Of a DNA stretch of 64,000 nucleotides, positions 53,296 through 64,000 are shown piece by piece; positions within the stretch are counted from its first letter, which is position 1; every line of letters starts with the position of its first letter. Source of the DNA: Eledone cirrhosa (lineage: Eukaryota); the NCBI GenBank assembly GCA_964016885.1, contig OZ024745.1, positions 38,812,001 through 38,876,000 on the forward strand. Direction: 5' to 3'. A program made the translations under genes and the position numbers. Under the pieces are notes generated by a model. The model ran no database searches, was not told the origin of the DNA, and saw only the letters and a program-made list of their open reading frames with translations.

Positions 53296-55438
53296 AGGAT
53301 GAATATAAAATGAAAGTGCTTTTGTTAAAAAAGGAATTTATTAGGTATTGACATATGTTTCTGTAACAGACCGAATACCTATGTATCGCTGCTTGCGTAA
53401 TCATATAATGTTAGCAAGTATTCGATAGCAAATGTATAATCAGTTGTCACTTCTTCAGAGATTTTGGATAAACTGGATAAAATCAGAAAAATTGAAGTAT
53501 TTATATTAGTAAAAGAGGAAGGAACAGAGGGGATAGAATATGACAGATGGTAAAATAATTTACTGCTAAACAAGTATATAATGGGTTTTTAATGAGAATA
53601 CCATGAGTAAATCTAAATAAGAATTTTGGGGGTGCCGATTTTAATCTCTACTTGACCAACTGGACAGTGGACAGGGCTGGTCATTTGGTGCAGTAGTATT
53701 AATCATAAAGTGTCAATTGGGGAAGGGGGAGATTTCGATTGCTACTAAATAACATCAATGCTAGTGGTCAGCTGGTATTTGCTCTAGGGAATTGAATCAA
53801 AAAATCAGAAATCTCATTTTATCTATAGCAGTTTGTATTAAAAGGTAAATAATAGAAGAGTTGATAGAATTAAGACTAATAAAGAATGTTCATATCTATT
53901 TTGACAATCAAACGGGGATAGAGACAGGCGTTCAATCCTGGTAGTATTTATAATATGAAAATGTAGATTTTAAGCGATGGTTACAGTATAACGATCGCTC
54001 TATTCTGTTATTTAATAAAATGTTTTTGGATTTCATAATACAAAATAATTCTACATTACATAATCTACAAAATTCCTGTCCATTGGAATATGGGGGGGCA
54101 GTCGTTATTATATCCCATTTTAGGTGAAATTGTTGGTTATTTTCACGCAGCTGCCAAGCCTTGTCTGCGAGTGTTGTTACATAACGCTGGTTTTCATGTT
54201 TTATCGAATAACGATGTCTATAAAGGCGTGATTTAAAGGAGGTGGCTGTAGATCCCACATAGTACCACTTCTGTCTATCCGATTCGATAGTACATTTGTA
54301 TACGATGAACGCAACATCGTATACAAATGTACTATCGAATCGGATAGACAGAAGTGGTACTATGTGGGATCTACAGCCACCTCCTTTAAATCACGCCTTT
54401 ATAGACATCGTTATTCGATAAAACATGAAAACCAGCGTTATGTAACAACACTCGCAGACAAGGCTTGGCAGCTGCGTGAAAATAACCAACAATTTCACCT
54501 AAAATGGGATATAATAACGACTGCCCCCCCATATTCCAATGGACAGGAATTTTGTAGATTATGTAATGTAGAATTATTTTGTATTATGAAATCCAAAAAC
54601 ATTTTATTAAATAACAGAATAGAGCGATCGTTATACTGTAACCATCGCTTAAAATCTACATTTTCATATTATAAATACTACCAGGATTGAACGCCTGTCT
54701 CTATCCCCGTTTGATTGTCAAAATAGATATGAACATTCTTTATTAGTCTTAATTCTATCAACTCTTCTATTATTTACCTTTTAATACAAACTGCTATAGA
54801 TAAAATGAGATTTCTGATTTTTTGATTCAATTCCCTAGACCAAATACCAGCTGACCACTAGCATTGATGTTATTTAGTAGCAATCGAAATCTCCCCCTTC
54901 CCCAATTGACACTTTATGATTAATACTACTGCACCAAATGACCAGCCCTGTCCACTGTCCAGTTGGTCAAGTAGAGATTAAAATCGGCACCCCCAAAATT
55001 CTTATTTAGATTTACTCATGGTATTCTCATTAAAAACCCATTATATACTTGTTTAGCAGTAAATTATTTTACCATCTGTCATATTCTATCCCCTCTGTTC
55101 CTTCCTCTTTTACTAATATAAATACTTCAATTTTTCTGATTTTATCCAGTTTATCCAAAATCTCTGAAGAAGTGACAACTGATTATACATTTGCTATCGA
55201 ATACTTGCTAACATTATATGATTACGCAAGCAGCGATACATAGGTATTCGGTCTGTTACAGAAACATATGTCAATACCTAATAAATTCCTTTTTTAACAA
55301 AAGCACTTTCATTTTATATTCATCCTTTCTACATTTCTCCGGAATATAATTTATACTCGTTGAGCAAACCTGCACGTACGCTGTTCATCTCTAACGTAAC
55401 GATATATTATCACTACATTATTGATAACCTGAAATTTT
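53291..55438. mobile_element. Penelope-like element 3: 2-kb near-perfect palindrome (arms 53291-54307 and 54315-55331) plus a ~107-bp tail, in (TA)n
   Basis: Identical mirrored ORFs 53932-54258 (-) and 54364-54690 (+); GIY-YIG NIVYKCTI..YVGSTATSFKSRLYRH..CRLCNVE; 7-bp spacer AACGCAA; one mismatch seen (53782/54840). Confidence 0.9.
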
Positions 55439-55549
55439 ATATATATATATATATATATATATTAAATATTTACTCCAGTGTCTCGTTGGGTGCTATATAT
55501 CAGTTATCAACATTTATGTTTTGTTGCAATCCCAACAAATTAATATAAC

Positions 55550-55627
<78 letters not shown>

Positions 55628-55738
55628 CGAAGGAAATGTGGTAAGGAACCAGATGGACCATAACGCACCAAAGTACTCAATACTTAGGGTAGTAGAGTGG
55701 GTAATAGGAACAAGTAGGACCCTGGGTTCCTACTTGTT

Positions 55739-55793
<55 letters not shown>

Positions 55794-57072
55794 CGTACAC
55801 AGTCTGTAAATCCAAATAAATATATATTCCTGCTTAGCTTTCTCCTCAGCGATACAATTTCATGGTCCATGCATTTTAGTCAATCTAATCTATTAAAAGG
55901 TAAGGACAAAAATCAGTAAAAATGTTGTTTTTTTAATTGTTAAATTGTGAGAGTACAGTGTACGTTGGATTCAAATCATTTGCTTTAATTGTTCGGGTTT
56001 TCCTGAGATGTTAGAACGAACATATTAATGATTGTTCTTGTTAGGTTTTATATTGTTTTCCTTGCTTAACAACCTGTTTTTAGTGGTATCTATGATTACA
56101 TTATTTAATGTATCTTTTAATTTTTTAAGAGAGTTCTGAGTGATTTTTGGGGGATTTGGAAGATGATTGAAGTAGGTTCCACTCCCACGTAGAGGCTCAC
56201 TCATTGGCTAATACAAGATAGTGTTGTTTCCGTTTATTTCACATGAAATGTTTGACAGATTTCATTATTTTTTGTTTCTTCGCAGAATTTTCAAGATATG
56301 GACGATGATAACTCTTCTTTCTCAACATCGTTCTCTTTCTCTGCCACTTATTTATTCCCTCGTTTTGGAATAGAAATTGTATTGATGCATAAACTAATCA
56401 TAAATGTATCTTTTTTATCTATTTATCCTTTACCAAATGCAGATATTACATCTATTCAAATGCGAATTTATCTGATGGATAAATATGAGAAACATCTCGT
56501 GAAATAATTACTTCAGTCGTTTTAATATAAATGAAATGGTCAAGCAAACGTTTATCAATAAATCTATAAAAATATGCTAAATGTTACGCCTGTATAGATT
56601 ATCAGTCACACAACATACAATCAACTTTCCTTATTACTCACATATTATTTCTGTTCATTCGTTTATATCATGTGGAATATTCGAAATTATTCTTCTAAAA
56701 TAATACAGGCAATGTATATTTTATTTCAGCGTAATTGTTTTGATATTGTGTACCCGCTTTGTATTTTGCTACGAATGATCTTGTAAATAATGTTATTGCT
56801 GTAGTCGCCAACAACAACCCAATGTAAAATAACAACATAAAAACAACAAACGGAATTAATGACTTAATGTGATCCTATCGACGTTAAAAGGAATGAAAAC
56901 TCTAAAGATATATAATTTAAAAAAGAAACATAACGTATAAATAGGGTCTCAGAAAACCATTAGAGCGTTTGTTTGTTTTGATGTATTCATGTTAAATATT
57001 TAGAAGTAAACCTAGTATGAATGTAACTAGTAGATGCATCTTACGAAATTCAATCATTCGCATTGATTTAGT

Positions 57073-57266
57073 AAATAATTGTTTCTACTTTTTGGCACAA
57101 GGCCAGCAATTACCCAGTGCATTACTGGTACTTTATTTTATCGACCCCGTAAGGATGAAAGGCAAAGTTAACCTCGGCGAGATTTGAACTCAGAATGACA
57201 AGGGCCGTAACTCTATACGTCAAAGCATGGCGTCCGAACCTCTACCGATTCTTCCAATCCACCGCC
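57073..57266 (-). mobile_element. Full-length tRNA-derived MetaSINE, with a 5'-truncated tandem copy at ~57278-57378
   Basis: Minus strand starts GGCGGTGGATTGGAAGAATCGG (A box-like), then GAGTTCAAAT (B box), the Meta core GCCTTTCATCCTTACGGGGTCGATAAAATAAAGTACCAG, and tail CCTTGTGCCAAAAAGTAGAAACAATTATT. Confidence 0.82.
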
Positions 57267-58257
57267 ATTGATTTAGTAAATAATTGTTTCTACTTTTGGC
57301 ACAAGGCCAGCATATTACCCAGTACATTACTGGTACTTTATTTTATCGACCCCGTAAGGATGAAAGGCAAAGCTAACCTGAAAACAGTGTACTACTGGAA
57401 ACTATTCATTTCTTAAATTCCGTCGATAAATATTAAAACCAAAATGCATCATAATGTGATAATCCTCATTCTTCATGTACATGAGAAACATATTATTGGT
57501 TATGTCTACATGATCTGCATGCTGTTCCCAATAAGAATACAGAGAAATAGTACCTATCTCCCTACATTCCTGCTCTACGAGACATACAAGATTTTGAATG
57601 TATTGCTCTTGGACTCTGCTCTTTGCTACAATAATCAAGACAATGGTCTCCACCATGTTGTCTTGTTCCCCCAGACATTAAATACTGATCAAATATTCCA
57701 GTATATCCAATATCGATCGACAGTTTTAATTCCGTCTATTTTTTCCTATTGCATATATAAAGATATTGAGATCCCCTGTTAAGCACTGGGATTTTATATT
57801 AAGCGAGTAAATATATTTCAGTTAAATCAACATTAGACCTGAGTATAGCAAGATGAAGAAGTGGATGTCATAATCTGATGTCAGAAAGAAAAATTATACT
57901 ATTTCCATTGATCTTATATAAATCTTATATAACGTCTGGCTATTAAGTATGCATATCCAGTTTTCAGGTAACTGTAAACTGAAAATAAGAGTGAAATTAA
58001 CGGACGATACAAAGCAAGACTTAATATTAAAAAAATATATATCATTTTTCATTTTGGAATAAAACACATATATTGTTAGTGACATGTCACGTAATGTGGT
58101 CTGTTACTCATCGCCGGATCGTTTTTATATTTTTACGACAAAAATGTGATTAGTACAGAAATTAAACCTGATGTATTGGAAATATTAGTAAACTTTAATA
58201 TAATATTCATATGTAATAGAAAACAGAAATTTAGATTGCAAACAAAAAACAGATTTG

Positions 58258-58318
<61 letters not shown>

Positions 58319-58439
58319 ACATCTACACTATATAGAACAGCCAAATAACAGCAATTTCACCAACACCAGAAACTAGATCCACCACCTACCCCATCACCCC
58401 GCTGTGTACACTAATTACAACAGCCTGATAACGGCAATT

Positions 58440-58756
58440 TCACCACCACCACCACCAATCCCAGCATCATAATAATAATTACTATTATTATTGTCTCAAG
58501 TTTTAACAAAATGTTTAATTCCAATATTAAAGTAATATGTCAACACATATATTACACAAACGCGACACAAACGCATAGATACTACTGTCTATTTAACAAA
58601 ACTCAGTAACGACAACGCCACCGCCGCCACCACTCCATCCATCATTGCTACCACTATCCTATCACCGCCGCCACCACTCCTTCATTGCTGCCACCAATAT
58701 TCCCCATTACCTTCTGTTAACTTAAGAAAGGGGAAGGTGGCGGTATCACTAGACAA
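58440..58756 (+). repeat. Direct repeat also at ~60761-61113
   Basis: ccaatcccagcat.ataataataattactattattattgtctcaagttttaac ... aaaggggaaggtggcggtatcactagacaa in both copies. Confidence 0.85.
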
Positions 58757-59079
58757 GGGAGAGGCTAGCAAAAGATATAAATAGATTGACCTAGTGACCC
58801 GGCCACCGGCCAAACGTCAACAACTATGGGACTGATGGCTCCCCCTTTCACCACCAACAATATAAAAAGCCCCAGCACCACCACCGACATAGCCAACAAC
58901 AATAACAGGCAACTTCAGCAAAAAGTATATTATATTATTGTAATGCACTGGGTAATTGCTGGCCTTGTGCCTTGAGTGGAGTCAATTATTAATAATTTCA
59001 TTCTTAAGCCACGCAATGCTCACATTAAGGAACCACTCATGATAATAACAATTTAAAAAAACAACAAAAAAGAAAACCC

Positions 59080-60760
59080 TGTGACCAAGAAATACCGGGA
59101 TGGCGGTCGGCGGGGAATAGCCGTGTCTCTAGGGGAGAACGACCCCTCTAGTCTTGGTTGACACTCGTTCTAGAAGTGGTAACACGAAATGATTACCCCT
59201 TGGCGGATAAGGATGAAACGCGACAAAATAAATGTATATGTCTAATGATAAAATCTCATACCGGATCGGCTGTCACCCGGGTAAAAAAGGGCCGCGTCCC
59301 TCAGAGAGGAACAAGACTGGGGTCGAAAAATCAGCTAATGGTTCAAACCTTCCCATCACTTCGGAGCTGGAGACCTCCCATAACCGGAATATTCCTACTG
59401 TTGGCCCTCCATGCTCACCACCAAGAAATCCAAAGAAAAAGAGAGAAAAATGGTCAAGGGAAGATAATAAAGAAGTCCTTGAGGTTTTCTACACTGCCAT
59501 GTACTATCCATCAAATACATCGAATACAGAACAGACATATATCAACTGGAAAAAGAAACATCCCCAAAACAGTATATATTGACAGTAACAAACTAGCCAA
59601 TATACGAAGAAATATTGTTAAAAAAAGTTACTAACTGATATAGAAATTGATCAGAACAACAGAACAAATTAAAGAAAGCATCGAAAAAGTGGAGGGAGTG
59701 CATGCTCAAGATGAAACTCGAAATGAAAACAATGAGATCGTAAATGATAAAGAAATGAATGAGAATGAACTTGCCAACTTGAAGGATGAAATTATGATCG
59801 AATGGATGAAAATGAAAGAATCTGACATGGGGGAACGAGACACCCTCCCTAAGATCCAGAACTCCAAACAGAACCCCAGGAAAAGACAAAATACAAAATT
59901 TTTTGATAAATGCCTTCACAGAGTCTCATGAGCTTTTAGCCCAATTATAAAATGAAATAGTTAAGGAGCCAGAAAAGATACCATCATGGCTTGTTAACGG
60001 CATTAAATTCCTGCTTCCGAAGAATGATGAGACAAACAATCCCAACAATTTACAGACCGATAACTTGCTTGACCACAATGTATAACATTTTAACATCAAT
60101 CCTAACTGAATATACATACGACCACCTGATAATAAATGACCTATTTCCCATTGAGCAGAAAGGGTGTAAACGAGGCTCATATGGTGTAAGGATCAGCTTT
60201 TGGTTAACAAAATGATACCGGAAGATTGTCATAATAGACACAAAAATCTATCAATTGCTTGGATAGATTATACAAAAGCATTCGATAGTTTGCCCCACAG
60301 TTGGATTGAAAAATGTTTAGAGATTTTCAAAATATCCCCCGTTGTCAGGAGGTTTTTGTCATTCAGTATGGAGACATGGGAAACGACACTCCTTTTGAAC
60401 AATGAAACAAAATCACTGGAAGCTGGTGAAGTTAATATTATTTGTGGAATTGTTCAGGGTGACTCTTTATCACCGCTTTTATTCTGCATCGCACTTATAC
60501 CATTAAGCAAAATGATCAATGAAACAAAACATGGATATAAAGTCTATGACAAAACCATTAATCACTTGTTCTACATGGATGACCTGAAACTATTTGCAAA
60601 AAGTGATGAACAATTGCAAGGGCTATTTTCTCACTGTGGAGTAGTTCAGTGATGACATTAAAATGGAGTTTGGATTGGATAAATGCGCCAAAGCAACGTT
60701 CACTAGAGGAAAGCTCCTGAAGAGTTCAGACATTAATCTTGATCGAGGGAATGTGATATG
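59080..60760 (+). mobile_element. R4/Dong-clade LINE of a second family, internally deleted and 3'-truncated
   Basis: N-terminal KWSREDNKEVLEVFY; YRPITCLTTMY, EQKGCKRGSYG, WIDYTKAFDS, QGDSLSPLLF, NHLFYMDDLKLFA. Confidence 0.8.
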
Positions 60761-61699
60761 TCACCACCAACACCGCCAATCCCAGCATAATAATAATAAT
60801 TACTATTATTATTGTCTCAAGTTTTAACTAAATGTTTAATTCCAATATATAGAAAAATATGTCAACACATATATTAAACATACGCGACTAACCGCAGAGA
60901 AACGCCGATCAAACGATCAAACAAACTACAGTCTATTCAACAAAACTCAGTAACGACAACGCCATCACTATAGTAACCGCCGCCACCACACCATCCATCA
61001 TTGCTACCACTATCCCATCACCGCCGCCACAACTCCTTCATTGCTACCACCGCTATTCCCCCATTACCTTGTGTTAACTTACGAAAGGGGAAGGTGGCGG
61101 TATCACTAGACAATATTAATAAACAATGTTAATATTTAATTTTGGATCAGCAATGTTAGAGTCGAAAAGGAGGAAAATGGCAAAATGACTAAATAGCTAA
61201 ATAGCTAAATGGCTAAGTGGACAGAGAAGATAATTTTACCACCACCACCACCACCACCGCTACCACGCTAAAATCTCTGGTCAAGTTACCTCATCTTCTA
61301 TTTCTACTTCAACTTCAACATCATCACTACAGTACTACGATCACATCACTACCACAACTGCCTCATTATCGCTACCGCCGCTATTCTCTCCCACTACCTC
61401 CTGCTACATCGTAGTGTCCCCACTAAAAGAGGAAGGCATCAACACATATAAATAGACTGATTTGATAACCCGGTCAAAATCAAAAAAACAAAAATCAAAA
61501 TCAAAGCAGTACAGCAACAACGAAAAACGTAAAGAAAAGAAAAATGAAAAGAAAAACAAACAGACGGACAGAGAAGGGAAAGTAAAAACAAAGTCAGACA
61601 TTCAAATATTACATTACATTGAAACTTATGCTTATTCTTTTTTGTTTTTTGTTTGCCTGTTTGTTTGTTTGTTTATTTATGTTCATCTACACAAAAATC

Positions 61700-64000
61700 A
61701 CCAGGAGTGATGAAATCACCGGTGGTTATGTAACCATACATTCACCAATCCTCGATAAGACTGTTAAATGTCCAACCTAAACAGTTCGAATAACGGTGAA
61801 GTGGAGACTAGAATGTCATGTGACAGACTCTCACCCAGCAGGTGCTCCCTGGCTCAGGAGCAGGGACCTGGCTGTCAACCAAATACTGCTGGTGTCGGAG
61901 GAAGAAGAAGAAGGAAAGGGACCATAACCAACTGGACGAAAGAATTGAATAGAACTGTTATGCAATGTTACCTGAAGAGTAACCACAAGGAGAAAGGCGA
62001 TAGGAAACGGATGCATAACATCTGGAACGAGATTGGTCTATTTAAATTAGATGAACAAATATTGGCCGGGCAGGCTCGGGTAATAAGAACTAATGGCTGT
62101 ATAAGCGAGCTGGAACTGGAGGAACTGAGCAGAGAGATTAGCTTGGAAATGGAGAGTGGAGTATTCCAGGCAAACGAACCAGTGGGTAATGAAGGTGAAG
62201 AGGTTGAGAGAACGGAGGAACCATCCGAAGCAGACAATGTTCTAAATGCTGAAATAAATACTACCTGGAACAGAGATACGGCCATTGAGGAGATGAATGC
62301 TGACGGGCTAGTTCAAGATTTAGTTGATATTCTAAACTTAGTGGTAGATGAATTGAACAATGATAGTGGGAAACCTATGAACCTAAGATTTGTAGACAGG
62401 AAAAACTTAAAAGAAACAACAGCTAAGGTAAACAAAGTCATCCCCTACCTTAATGCGAGGAGCCTTCACCAGTGCAACAATATCCTCAAAGCAACAGCAA
62501 ATGCGGTGAGGAAATTACTTGGCATAAAAGCGAGAGAAACAACAAACAAGAAAGATCAGAACCTTGCTGGAAGTAACGACTGAATGGTCAAATCAGGGAT
62601 ATAATAAATGATATCGGAAAGCTTGAGTCCCTACGGAATGGGACACTAAAAAACATACACACTAAAAATAGACTGGAAATGAAGTTCAAAACTAGGACAA
62701 ACAGAAAGGATGCCGAAAGAAGTCCCGTGGTACAAAGGACCAGTTACTTATTGATAAGATGGTAATGAGGAATTGCAAGAGGAGTCACTCTAGTCTTGCC
62801 ATGGGATGGATAGACTACAAAAAAAGCATTTGACATGGTGCCTCATTCTTGGATCACCAAAAGCCTAGAGATCTTCAAGGTGGAAGATAACATCAGACAG
62901 TTGTTGAGCAAAATTATGAAGTCCTGGAAAACAGAGTTAACATCAGCTGGAGAATCCTTGGGAGGCGTGAAGATCAAGAGAGGTATCTTCCAGGGAGATA
63001 GTCTGTCCCCTCTGTTGTTTGTCCTTGCCATGATGCCAATGACCATTATACTGCGAAAAGTGAGAGCAGGATACAAGTTGGGAAAGGGAGAGTTTACCAT
63101 CAACCACCTCCTCTTTATGGACGATCTTAAGCTCTTCGGGAAGAGTGAGAGGGAGTTGGATGTGCATGTTGACACTGTCCGTATTTTCAGCAATGATATA
63201 TGTATGCAATTTGGTATAAGTAAGTGTGGAGTCCTTGTGATGAAGAGGGGTAAATTGATCAAAGCAACCTAATCCAGGTACCAACAGGTGAGATGATAAA
63301 GGAAATTGACACTGAAGAAGGATACAAGTATGTGGGTGTTCTGGAGGCTGATGACATCAAGACCAAAAAAATGAAGGAATTGATAAGATCTGAATAGATT
63401 GTGAGAGTAAGGAGCGTATTAAAGTCACATCTGAACAGTAGGAATGCCATAAGTGCAGTAAATTCCCGAGCTGTGTCTATTATTAGGTACAGTGCGGGAA
63501 TTCTGAAATGGAATGTTGCTGAACAAAAAGAAATGGATAGGAAGACTAGGAAGCTATTGACAACATGTTCGACAACAGGAGTGATGTCGATAGACTCTAC
63601 CTAAGGAGATATGAAGGTGGAAGAGGTCTTATCAGCATAGAGGACTGTGTTCAGATGGGGAAAAATAACCTACACAAATACGTGACTGATAGTAAGGAGC
63701 CAATGATCAGAATTGTACTGAAGGCGAGGACAATAGACCAGAGGTTGTCCAAGGAGGAAATAACAACGAGGAGAAAGAGCAGCCTTCAAGAAAATTCCCT
63801 TCATAGTACCTTCTTTGAGAAAACGGAATTCAGAGAAACACAGACGTGGAACTGATTGAGAAGAGGATACCTTAAAAAGGCTACAGAAGGAATGATAATG
63901 GCTGCGCAAGAGCAAGCCCTCAAAGCGAAGTGGCTGAAACACCATATTTACAAGGAAGAGTCTAGCTCACTGTGCAGGATCTGTGGAGAGAGAGAGGAGA
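61700..64000 (+). mobile_element. R4/Dong-clade LINE, same family as 12050-14725; decayed, runs off the window
   Basis: Near-identical N-terminus MSNLNSSNNGEVE..., IFQGDSLSPLLF, FMDDLKLF, TEGMIMAAQEQALK, CRICG; internal deletion near 62700. Confidence 0.87.

Noticed and set aside
57402-57800. ORFs with HCLDYC, faintly ricin-lectin-like
   Set aside because: Multiple stops; the similarity is too weak to support.

Overview
AT-rich, microsatellite-dense animal genomic DNA; the SINE family and (TA)n/(TAA)n load suggest an octopod cephalopod (inference). I see no intact host gene, only a possible class-A GPCR remnant near 50.4-50.9 kb. The window is mostly decayed mobile elements: four L1/Tx1-type LINE copies, three R4/Dong-type (RLE) LINEs, several Penelope-like elements (PLEs; two are one lesion from an open RT+GIY-YIG frame, several are fold-back insertions in (TA)n), a Chapaev3-like DNA transposon, a Helitron, RTE and CRE-like fragments, and tRNA-derived MetaSINEs. 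The most interesting signal is non-coding: about ten hammerhead-ribozyme motifs. Four lie in copies of a ~434-bp, ORF-less, highly self-paired repeat found as tandem, circularly permuted and inverted copies, which makes it a candidate retrozyme (circRNA-producing element mobilised by PLEs) with an octamer/TATA module. Other observations: conserved 5' splice sites at the ORF1/ORF2 junction of three divergent L1/Tx1 copies, and a SINE 3' tail shared with that LINE. All alignments and folds were done by eye; boundaries of decayed elements are approximate.
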